Shown: piece by piece, positions 38,796-49,622 of the stretch
Position numbering within the stretch: the first letter of the stretch is position 1
How the letters are laid out: every line of letters starts with the position of its first letter
Assembly (NCBI GenBank): GCA_964016885.1
Contig: OZ024745.1
Span: 117,180,001-117,244,000 of the forward strand
Direction of reading: 5' to 3'
Origin: Eledone cirrhosa
Lineage: Eukaryota
DNA length: 64,000 nucleotides
Position numbers and translations under genes: made by a program
Notes under the pieces: generated by a model
What the model was told of the DNA's origin: nothing
Databases searched by the model: none
The model's input: the letters and a program-made list of their open reading frames with translations, nothing else

Positions 38796-38925
38796 CATTC
38801 TTCAATTTTTTAAATAGTTTTGACTTTTTTCGAAACCAAGGAAGGAATTTACTGATTTCCAATTGTGTACGTTGATTGGACGGTTTTGAAATTGTTTCAA
38901 TAATTCTATCATAAATTTGAGGCAT
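38796..38925 (-). CDS. CNBD2-like gene, first coding exon (cyclic nucleotide-binding domain-containing protein, ~530 aa over 8 exons)
   Basis: tgtaacag|TAAACTCAACA ATG, then MPQIYDRIIETISKPSNQRTQLEISKFLPWFRKKSKLFKKLKN G|gtaag. Exon lengths 130+88+146+310+108+107+523+181 = 1593 nt form one open frame. Confidence 0.85.
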
Positions 38926-39289
38926 TGTTGAGTTTACTGTTACAAACCGATTAACTTAGTATATAAAAGCCACCATCATCATCATCATCATCATTCTCAT
39001 TTTCATCATTTTTTACACCTGAAATAATTTCAAAGTGTAAGTCTTGATTGATTTTTAGGACAAAAAGAAAAGAAGAAATCAAATTACCATATTTAGTCAT
39101 GTAAAAGGCAAGCAATTTTCCATCAACTAGACTTGCTGTCAAATTCAATTCAAAATATCTGGTACATTGTAAATATTGTCTGTAAAATGGTATATATGAC
39201 AATAAACAGGAAGATGTGTAAATATGAAAATACATTCTTGACAGGTGCAATGTGTCCAAACACGGAAGAGCAGAATTCCCACCGTCATC

Positions 39290-39590
39290 GCCTCCATCTC
39301 TCTCGCCCTCCCCATCTCTCTATATAGTGAGCAAATGGAGTCCCACATGCTGGCCGCCCCACAGCCCCAGTGGACAGAATAGAGAAGGCGTTTCCCCGGA
39401 CGATGGTAGAGCTATTCCATCACGCGAGGCTCACACCTACGGCTGGCTAGCTCAGCACCTATGGTGGTGAGTAGGGAGGTAGTCCTGGGGCAAAGGACAC
39501 CAGAAGTCTCCACTACCAAAGGCACGATCATAAACCTGTTGGAGAGCGACCGATACTTGGATAGTTTGGCTTCTTCAGCCTGAAGTGCAG
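39290..39590 (-). mobile_element. Remnant of a CRE-clade non-LTR retrotransposon (restriction-like endonuclease C-terminus)
   Basis: AEEAKLSKYRSLSNRFMIVPLVVETSGVL...IVRGNAFSIL matches the K..KY / P...ET.G / RGNA motif series. Confidence 0.7.
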
Positions 39591-39991
39591 TAAAATGGAC
39601 ATGTGACTTATCTACTAGTATTACCAATACATGAGTATATGCATTAGATAAATTATACAGCCTCTAATTTTTTTTTTTTTTTTTTTTTTTTTTTGTATCA
39701 AAACAAAAAATTACTGTTAATATCAAGAGATTTATTTTGATTTTTTAAACAGAAAATTCTAAAAATTTTCTAATTGTGTAGTATTTACAAATCTAAATAC
39801 AAGCATTACATATTGGTGGTAAAAAGAGTAAAGGGTAAAGAACCCCTTCAGTTACAAATTACCATGGGATTTACACCGAGAAAGTTTCCCTTTCGAGACA
39901 CAAGTCCAGGCAAGGTTGTTTGTAAAAAACCAGCAGTTGCCCATATATACCAGTCTCCCCTCTCCATGCCACTGATGTAATCCAAGGGAAA

Positions 39992-42095
39992 CTCGTGTCC
40001 TCCACCATCCATGAGCTCATCTACTCCTCTCTCCTACCCCGCACAACCACCAACCTTATTGTACACACCCCTCGCACACCCACCATCTACTTCCTCCCCC
40101 AAATACACAAATAAAATAATCCTGGCCGTCCTATCATTTCTGCGTGCAACTGCCTCACCGAGATAATTTCTGAATATTTAGACACCTCCTCGCCCTGTTG
40201 GTCGGTAATCTCCCCTCCCACATCCACGATACAAATCATGCCCTTAGACTTTTCAACTCTTTCTCCTTCCCTCCTGATCCCTCCTGCCTTTTCTTTACCC
40301 TGGACATCACTTCTCTCTATACCGTCATCCCTCATGAAAGCCTTCGCACTCTCCAGCATTTTTTAGATTTATGCCTTAACCCTTACCCAAGCATTACCAT
40401 TCTTCTCCGTCTGGCTGAGCTTGTTCTCACCTTTAATGGATTTTCCTTTTCAGGTGAATTTTACCAGCAGGTCTCTGGGGTAGCGATGGGAACAAGAATG
40501 GGTCCAAACTATGCCAACTTGTTTGTTGGCTACATCGAAGTCCAGATCTTCTCCCAGTATGCTGGACCGACTCCTGAGCTATACGGTCGTTATATCAATA
40601 ACTGTATCGGCGCCACCTCTCTATCACGAGAACAACTCGACTGTTTTCTTTCTTTTGTCCAATCTTTCCATCCTGCTCTCAATTTCACTGCCTCCGTCTC
40701 CTATTCTTCTGTCGCTTTCCTAGATATCTCTCTATCTATTAATCACTCTCACCACACCCTCTCTACTTCCATCTACATTAAACCAACAGACTCCCAATCT
40801 TATCTCGACTTCACCTCCTCCCATCCAACCCACACTCCTACCCTATTCCCTGTAGCCAGGACGACGATTTTGAAACCCATTCCCTTCGCATGGCTTCCTG
40901 CTTCATCCAGCATGGATATCCCCCCCCCCACCTTGATCCAAGCTGCTCTCTCCCGCGCCCGTGAAACAGACCACACCACGCCCCTCTCACCTCACTCTCG
41001 CCCTCCCAACACCCGTGTTCCTTTCCCTCTCACCTACTACCCCATCACCCTACCACTCCGGCGACATATCCTCCGTTCCTTCCGTATCCTCTCTTCTGAC
41101 TCCGTCACTTCTCGCTTTTTTCCAAACCCACCCATTATTGCTTTTAAGCGCGCCCGAAACCTCCGTGACCTCCTGGTTCGCAGTTCCTTTTCGTCCTCTC
41201 CCACAACTCCACCCGGCTCTCATCCTTGTTCCCATTCCCGCTGCAACACTTGTCCCTTTATTTCCACCCACACCACTCTTACAGGCCCTAACAGGTCTTT
41301 CCGTATCCACCAATCCTTCAGCTGCATATCCACCTACGTTGTCTATGCCCTCCGGTGTTCCTGTTGCGGGTCTTTATATACCAGACAAACAGGACACCGT
41401 ATGGCGGACCGTTTTGCCGAACATTTGAGGGACATACGACTCAGTTTGGATACTCCTGTCGCCTGTCATTTCTGTTCTCCTGGTCATTCTTCCCGACATG
41501 TTTCAGTCCTGGGTGTCCTTTTACATCATGGATCACAGGCCTCGTGCACCAGGACTGAAAAAAGTCTGATTCACCATCTTGGGTCCTATTCCCCTCTTGG
41601 ACTCAACTCACCTCCCCAATTTCTCTAATACCCCATCCATTATCACACCCCTAGATTCCTATCGCTTTATCTTTGCTCATAACTTCGTACTTACATGCAC
41701 ACACACTCTTTTACTCATATATACACACACATTTCTTCTTAGCTTTGTACGAACATATAATAACACACACAAACAAACGCATGCTTACGGACGTGCTCAA
41801 GTATAGCTCTTTTTACAAAATGTTTTTTTTCCATTTCAAGTAGACGCGCTCCATCATCCACTTTTCTAAAAAACAAATCATACACAAAACGCCAGCACCA
41901 ACAGTTTTGCAAGAGATGTCAACATGAATGGACCTATCATTTTTATCTAAAGACATTTTTTCCAATTCCATCCCGCCCGTCCCTTTAATCTATTTTATTT
42001 CTCATTCTTTCTTCTGATGAATGCTATATCAAGCGTTAACCTAATATATACCTTCCATATACTGTACCGATTGTGTTGTTATTTCTGTTTACCTT
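39992..42095 (+). mobile_element. Penelope-like element (RT plus C-terminal GIY-YIG), decayed. Main ORF 40198-41628.
   Basis: IYFLP.IHK..NPGRPII, TLDITSLYT, GVAMGTRMGPNYANLF, RYINN (YIDD mutated), CSHSRCNTC, VVYALRCSCCGSLYTRQT..RFAEH. The 3' boundary is approximate. Confidence 0.92.
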
Positions 42096-42096
42096 T

Positions 42097-42138
<42 letters not shown>

Positions 42139-42642
42139 ATCACCGTTTTAAGTCCATTCTTCTATATATATATATAGGTGTCATGGCAAAAAGCACCCAG
42201 TACTCACTGTAAATGAGGTTGGTGCTAGGAAGGACTTCCAGCTGTAGAAACCAAGCCAAAATCGGTTCTGTATGAGCATGACATGGTCACCTGACCTGGC
42301 ATTGTTCACAACAGAATAACTCATCTAACCCATGCCAGCTTGGAAAAATGGGCGTAAAATAGTGATGGCGATGATTATATTTAAAAGTAAGGTAGCTTAT
42401 TGTAAGCTGATACAATGCAAGTTTAAGTATAAAAGTCAACAGTTGGCAGATAAACATTATATGGTACTGATGAAGGGTAATAACCCAGAAACATTAGTTT
42501 TGGGCATTCTGTTTATATGCCAACACAAGAGCAAGAATGACAGGGTCAATCTTTTAAAATTCTTCATTAATTAAATAAAATACAGAATATTTCACTAGAA
42601 ATATGGGGATGCAAAGTTTCAATTTTAGTGTTTATATATATA

Positions 42643-42941
42643 TTAGAATTGAAATAGAAATAGAAGAGTCACTGTAACAATGACTATAATACAGTCTAAT
42701 AATGGGGCATATAAACCCACTGAGTGGGGAAAAGGTTAAGTTAAAGCCTCTAAAAATAACAGAAAAAGCTGATTGGGTTCATTGGTGTAATTATAGTATA
42801 TTCGTCCAGTAAACAAGAGGTGTGGGTTCAACTCCCATGTGTGCTGATACCCATCTTTTTACATTCAGTGGGCTTATACATCCAATTATTAGACTATGTT
42901 ATGTAGACAATGTTACAGTGACATTTCTATTTCAATTCTAA
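42643..42941. mobile_element. Foldback/MITE-like element with ~85-bp imperfect terminal inverted repeats
   Basis: Left arm TTAGAATTGAAATAGAAAT..GTCACTGTAACAATGACTA..AGTCTAATAAT..CCCACTGAGTG mirrors 42862-42941. Possible TA duplication at 42644 and 42939. Confidence 0.75.
42776..42846 (+). pseudogene. tRNA-Thr(AGT)-like pseudogene
   Basis: Cloverleaf spacing: acceptor GGTTCAT/GTGTGCT, TGGTGTAA A-box, anticodon arm TTCGT-CCAGTAA-ACAAG (AGT at 42808-42810), intact T arm GTGGG-TTCAACT-CCCAT. Lacks the D-loop GG and U33. Confidence 0.65.
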
Positions 42942-43021
42942 AACTTCACTCATAACGGTTCCAAATATATTTCCTTAAATAAATTAGATTAAAGAAACTG
43001 TTGAGAAATACTGATACTTAC

Positions 43022-43300
43022 ATTTTAAGGAACTTTTGAGTAAATGTTGATAAGATATTTGCTATATCAGATGCAATAGAGAGAATCTTAAAAGATAAAC
43101 AGCCAAATAATGTTCCAAGTTCATATCTGAAGTAAGTCTTTCTTTGTGTTTATGATAGAACAGTTAATCCTCCTTGACTTCAGTTCAACAAACTGCCAGG
43201 AAGACGCGCAAGATATATATATAGAAAGGAGATATTTATCTCTAAAACTAGAGACTCTTGCAATTTGCAAAAGAATAAACTGAGTGCAAAACCGGTAAAT
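43022..43300 (-). other. Candidate non-coding 5' UTR exon of the CNBD2-like gene (5' end unknown)
   Basis: Donor AAAAT|GTAAGT at 43021. The first coding exon begins at an acceptor, which suggests an upstream exon. Lies just downstream of the X-box-like motifs. Confidence 0.35.
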
Positions 43301-43383
43301 ACCATTTAGTAGTAGTCTGCTTCAGGTGACTTGAATCAACAACTTTATTTCAAATTCCAGTTGTAGCAGTTTCATTCGACATA

Positions 43384-43693
43384 GGTTCCTAGCAATAATT
43401 GTATTTATTATATGTTTATATTTTCATTCTGTAAGATGCCCTTGAGTGCGTTTGGTTGTTTCAGTGCCTTAGCATCGCCATCACCCGTGGTAATGCTGCA
43501 AGTGCATTGGTTTGCCTCAAAAATTCCATTGACCCTCATGATATGAGGCCGATTGTCGCACTTGGTGGTGAATTGATAGTCGTCTTTGTTTTTGTTTCCC
43601 TATATGTTGGTGCGTTGTGTTTTTAAGGTTCCTAGCAATAATTAATTCTATTTAGTGTGTTTATATTAGTGTTTATATTTTCATTCTGAAAGA
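43384..43693. promoter_or_regulatory. Duplicated RFX X-box-like plus forkhead motif module
   Basis: GGTTCCTAGCAAT at 43384 and 43627, followed by TGTTTAT at 43413 and at 43658/43670. The segment is locally CpG-richer. Confidence 0.4.
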
Positions 43694-44239
43694 ATTGTGA
43701 ACAATTTGTACAATTTGTAACATTATACAACTGTTTCTATATATAGGAAATTAATAAATTGAGTGTGAAGCAAATGTTTTTCTCTGTAAAAAGTATTCAT
43801 TAAGTATAGTGTATATTTGTGACTATATTTTCATTCCGTAAGCATTATATTATTATTATTATTATATTCATAGAAAAGTAATAATAATATTTTTTGGTGA
43901 TAATGAATGATGTTTATCAGTTTTTTTTTCAAAAAACTATTTTGTTTAAATTTAAAAAACAAAAAATTATTTTTATATAATATTCTTTAGTGTTTATGAA
44001 AGAGATGTCACACACTTGTTTTTTTTATATATTTCACAGTAAAGCTGACATTATTTAGGTAATTAATATTAAGTTGAATAACTAATTTTTAAGAAATTAA
44101 TTACCAGTATCTAAAAATGAAATGTTGTGTTGCTGTAAGCTGATGGCAAGACAGCTGTGTGTTGTTTGGGTATGATTTAGTATCATTCCACTTACTCCTG
44201 ATATCTGAATATCTGACTTAGAGAGGGTGTGGTTTAGGA

Positions 44240-44382
44240 GAGAAAAGTAGGGAGAGAGAGGGGGTAAGGAGAGAGAGAGAAGGGGTAAGGAGAGATGGAG
44301 AGAGAGAGAAAGAGAGAAAGAGAGAAAGAGAGAAAAAGAGAAAGGCAGAGAGAGTGAGAAAGAGAGAAAGGCAGGGAGAGAC

Positions 44383-44454
<72 letters not shown>
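44240..44454. repeat. (GA)n microsatellite
   Basis: Direct reading. Confidence 0.97.
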
Positions 44455-44457
<3 letters not shown>

Positions 44458-45334
44458 ACTGTTGATTTGTTTTCTACATGATGACAAAGTTCTGTGATAA
44501 TTTAATGATTTTTTTAAAAGAATTATTGAACATCTTCATTTGCTCTCTCATTTATGTGAGACACAGGTCCCTGGCCTGCCTGGGAGATCAGTGGCTCTGC
44601 TTCAGTACTGACTTGGTCTATATGGACCCACCCAACCCCGCCCAACCCTTGCTAACAGGAGAAAAAGACATTAAAACGACAATGATGATGATGATGATGA
44701 TCAACAATAATTTTGTTCATTTATAAAATTAAAAAATTAAAAATAAAACTAAAATAAAATAAAGCTAAAATATTTATGTTTAGTATTTGTTGTTGTTTTT
44801 GTTTTATAACCACCCCCAGCACCACGACCACCACCCCTAGCATCACGACCCCCACCCCCACCACCCACACCACCACCTGCCAGCCCACCACATTCCAATT
44901 CAGTAACAATACAGCAATACAAGTTTTCAGAGTTGAAATATGAACTTATAGGCTACTTTCGTTGATATAACATTTTTTCCTCATAACTACTGAGATTAGC
45001 AGATTGAACAACAAACATTTCCAAGTAGAAATAAATCTTCAAGAAAAGTCTATTGAAATATTTCTTTTGTTGAGTTGTCAGAAGCACTTGATATGTGCTA
45101 GAGAAACACTGCTATAGACCTAAATCCAAAGTAAATAAATAGTATCATATTTCTAAAGTTATTTTGTAAAGGGAAACATATCCTTTACTTCTATTATTGC
45201 TATTTTGAGATAGTTTTGATAGTATTCTGAACTAAACTCAAACAGAAATAGGCTTAATCCGAAACAAGTGATTTACATTAATGACTTAACTTTTTTATGA
45301 CAATATTTTTATTGAAATATACCCTGTAAAGTGA

Positions 45335-45645
45335 TGTGCAGGTGACACAATAAAAAGCACCCAGTCCACCCTGTTAGGTGGTCATGCTGGCGACATGTCA
45401 AAAACCACCCAGTCCACCCTGCTAGATGATCAGTTTGGTGCTACAATAAAAAGCACCCAGTCCACACTGTAATGTAGTTGGTGTTAGGAAGAGCATCCAG
45501 CTGTAGAAACCAAGTCAAAATACAGTTCCGTATGAGCAAAATGTGGTCTCCTGAACTGACTTGTCTCATAACATGACAACCTGTCTAACCCATGCAAGCA
45601 TGGGCAAATGGACACTAAACGGTGATGACAATGATGATGATGATT
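45335..45645 (+). mobile_element. RTE family 1 3' UTR fragment (one of many, e.g. about 11530-11630, 17205-17358, 35340-35620, 42175-42370, 50500-50650)
   Basis: Three (A)GCACCCAGTCCAC modules, GGTTGGTGTTAGGAAG.GCATCCAGCTGTAGAAA, CCCATGCAAGCATGG, and a (GAT)n tail. Confidence 0.8.
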
Positions 45646-45734
45646 ATTTTTCTTGAAATACATATCCTATATGTGATTTCGAAAATAATCAAGGATTTTA
45701 ATGATTTAGAAAAATAAGTTTGTTGTTAATAATA

Positions 45735-45921
45735 ATAATAATTGTTTCTACTTTAGGCACAAGGCCAGCAATTACCCAGTGCATTACTGGTACTTTATTT
45801 TATCGACCCCGTAAGGATGAAAGGCAAAGTCAACCGCGGCGGGATTTGAACTCAGATCGTAAAGGGACGTAACTATGCTGGAAAGCATGGCGTCCGACTC
45901 TCTACCGATACTGCCAATCCA
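45735..45921 (-). mobile_element. SINE family A, young copy
   Basis: Nearly identical reverse complement of 25603-25792. Confidence 0.9.
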
Positions 45922-46450
45922 ATAATAATAATAATAATAATGAAATTATTGTGTAAAGTGCTCAGGTGCACTACAACTCGTCAAAGGTGCATGTATAGTA
46001 TATAGAATAATATACAGATGTCAGGGAAGTGAATAGTGTATGAGTCATGATATACATGTGTGTATGTGTATGGGGGGCGGGGGAATATTAGGTGTAGTGT
46101 TGGCGAATCTCAGGAAGTATGGAGGTTTTAAAGAATGCAGTGTTTCGACAGCTAACAACCGATGCAGGTAATTTGTTCTATGCTTCAGCAACTCCGAGTG
46201 TGAGAAAATGTTACCGAAAGTCTTGGGAGCTGTGCTGTTTTCTGACTTTGTGGGCATGCCCACGTGTGTTAGACACATGGAAATCAAAAAGGTACTCAGG
46301 GTTGTTGTTGGCAAAATGGTTAATAATTTTGTGGGTGTTTACCAAGTCAGTTGCCAGACGTCAGAGCTTCAATGTATCCATGCCGAAGGAAGCAAGGCGT
46401 TCAGAGTATGGTAGATGCCTGATGGAGGGTATTCGCTTGGTATTCGCTTG
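45922..46450 (-). mobile_element. CR1-clade LINE 3' fragment
   Basis: Reverse complement of 25925-26320, extended 5' (YSERLASFGM..L..RRL..DL). Confidence 0.88.
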
Positions 46451-49182
46451 GGAGTAGACATTTTCCTGGCTGAGAGATGGATCAAAAAGACAATAGAGGT
46501 AGTTAGAGTTAGTAATAGAATAATTAAGCTTAGATTAGTTGTAGGCAAGAGACTACTGACAATCATCTCTGCCTATGCTCCCCAAGCAGGACTAGGTAAA
46601 GAAGAGAAAGACCGCTTTTACGAACAACTTTTACAAACAGCCGCAATGACAGAGGATGGAGACATCGTTATGCTAGCAGCAGGGACTTCAATGGTCATGT
46701 TGAACAGCTCCAGGATGGTTACACTGGGGTACATGGTGAGCACGGTTACGGCTCAAGAAACCTGCCAACCACTTAATAACCTACAAATCAGGCAAGCACA
46801 TAAGCTAAATTGACTTCTTACTAGTTAGGCAGCGGGTCAGGCAGATGGTGTCAAATACCAAGGCATACCCTGGGGAAGAATGTTACCCCACAGCATAGGT
46901 TAATCATTAGTGACATCTCAGTAAGCAAGAGACAGAATGAGACATACAGGAAGGTGTGGAGAAGAAAGGTCTGGAAGCTAAAAACCTTTCACTAAAATAG
47001 AAATTTAGGAAAGCCCTTCAAGATGTGTATGACGAAAAGGAAGGCGATTTAGAGTCGTATGGCATAGATGAAAACTGGAATTTCTTACGTGACAACTTAC
47101 TGCAGGCTACTGATGAAACTTGTGGCTGGAACAGAGCTCCAACCAGACAGAGAGTGACCTGGTGGTGGAACAGCACGGTAGATAGGGCCATTAGAGACAA
47201 AAGATTAGCATGGAAGGCTTGGAAAAAGGGTGGGAGTAGAGAAGGATATACAGCTGCTAAGAGAGAAGCTAGACATCAGGTGTACTTAGCACGCAGGGAG
47301 GCTGAGAGTAGGAGGTTTGCTAATGTTCTGCAACGGGAAGATCAGAGACGTGCGGTGTTCCACATTGCAAGGCAGTGTGTCAATGAAAATCAGGATGTTG
47401 TTGGAGATAAATGTGTCCGGAATGATGCCAGTGTACTTAGTGTCACGAATGATCAGAAAAAGGAAGCCTGGAAATATCATTATTAGAAACTGATGAATGT
47501 GGAGAACGAATGGGAGAGGGAGAAATTATCCTCAGTAGATCCGACAGAGGGACCAGTTATTGAGATTGACGAATATAGGGTCCAAGAGGCGATTAAGGAA
47601 ATGAAAAATAGTAAGGCCGCTGGACCGTCGGGGATAGTTGCTGAGATGCTGAAGGCATCAGGGGACGTAGGCACTAAACTGGTTGCATGCATCATCAATC
47701 AGGCTATATATGGCGGTGTTATACCCAAAGACTGGTGCAGCGGTATTCTCATAAATTGCTACAAAGGTAAAGGGGATGCTCTGGAGAGGAGCAATTATAG
47801 GGGTATAAAACTGATGGATCAGGTTATGAAAGTGGCAGAAAGGATATTAGCACAAGTAATTAGAGAAAGGGTCAAACTAGATGAGATGCAGTTTGGTTTT
47901 GTGCCTGGGAGAAGTACAACAGATGCCCTCTTCTAGGTGAGACAATTACAAGAGAGGTTCTTAGAGAAAAATAAGCCACTATACTGTCATCTGGTGGTCC
48001 CTAAGGAAACTAGGTGTTGAGGAATGGCTTGTGAGGACAGTGCAGACTTTGTACAGTGATGTTGTCAGTAAAGTGAGGGTAGGAATGGAGTTTAGTGAGG
48101 AATTCCAGATACAAGTAGGAATATATCAGGGTTCAGTCCTCAGCCCTCTCTTGTTCATTATAGTCCTCCAAGCCATAACAGAGGAGTTTAAGACTGGTTG
48201 TCCATGGGAACTTCTCTATGCTGACGATCTTATAGCAGAATCAGTAGAGGAGCTAGAGAATAAATTCTGGCTATGGAAACAGCAGTTGGAATCAAGAGGA
48301 CTGAGAGTGAAACTAGCTAAGACAAAAATGTTGATGAGTAGAAAAGAGGACAAAACTCTGATTCCATCAGGGCCAACTTCGATATGCAGAAAAGGAACTG
48401 GCATAAATTCTATAAAATGTACACAATGGAGATCTTGGGTACACAAGAGATGTAGTGGGATAGCAGGCAAACTAACAGGTAGGGAGAAATATGTATGCAG
48501 TAGATGTACAGGGAAATTTGACAGTAGAAGTCGCATTGATAGACACATTTTTGAAATGCAGGTGGGTGCTATAGAAGTGGTTGATAGCTTCCGATACCTA
48601 GGTGATCAGATTAGCAGGGGAGGGTGGTGTTCCGAGGGCATAGTATCTAGAATAAGTTTAGGAAGAAGTTTAGGGAGCTGCTTCCTCTGCTGACGAAGAA
48701 GGGTTTCTCCCTGCATACGAAAGGCCGGTTACATGATGCCTGTGTGAGGTGCATGATGCTGCATGGTAGTGAGACATGGACAGCAACTGCAGAGGATATG
48801 CAACGGCTGGAGAGAAATGAGGCAAGCATGCTCCATTGGATGTGCAATGAACAACCGGACATGGATGTGTTGAGAGAGAAACTGTGTCTGAGAGGGATAA
48901 AGTGTAGTGTGCAGGAGAGGAGACTGAGATGGTATGGACATGTGATGTGCATGGAGGATGATCGCTGGGTGAAGAAGTGCCAAGAAATGCCAGTTGAAGG
49001 AAGACGTAGTAGAGGAAGACCACGAAAAACATGGGCGGATGTTGTGAGAGCAGACCTCAGATCGCTAAAGCTCACGGTGGAGATGACGAAGGACTGTGAC
49101 AAGTGGAGAGATGCTGTGCTGAATAGGACCTGTCCCACCCTTGCAAGCAGGGAAAAGCGGACGTAAAATGATGATGATGATG
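46451..49182 (+). mobile_element. Decayed 5'-truncated RTE family 2 LINE (APE part, RT with PHD-like insert, short 3' end)
   Basis: IISAYAPQAG, KAAGPSG, QFGFVPGRSTTDA, QGSVLSPLLF, LLYADDL, FRYLGD, GSETW, RRLRWYGHV, GRPRKTW, then a (GAT)n tail. Confidence 0.96.
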
Positions 49183-49260
49183 AAATATCATCTTGCCTAT
49201 CAGTTGAATGACGTGTTCTGAGCCTTATTTTAGGTATAAATGTAAACATAATTGCATTAA

Positions 49261-49622
49261 CCTGTTAGTATTTACATTACACTATATATACTATTGTATG
49301 TTCATGCTAAAGGCTTTACGTCACATAATATCTCACACAGCATTTACATTACTCTATATATACTATTGTATTTTCACAGTAAAGGCTTTACCTCACGTAA
49401 TATCTCATAACATTTACATTACTCTATATATACTATTGTATTTTCATGATAAAGGCTTTACCTCACATAATATCTCACATAATATCAAATCTATGAGATT
49501 TTGATGTTATTTATTTTGAGAACAATACCTTAATATCAGTAAGAGTGACCGGTTACAGCCAGTTTGAAGAGAAAAAAGTGAAAGAATTCTAACCAGATAT
49601 GGCCGGTTTAAATGCTAAAGGG
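49261..49622. mobile_element. piggyBac-type MITE with a triplicated internal ~60-bp subrepeat
   Basis: TTAA at 49257 and 49623. Repeated CATTTACATTACTCTATATATACTATTGTA. Confidence 0.88.
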
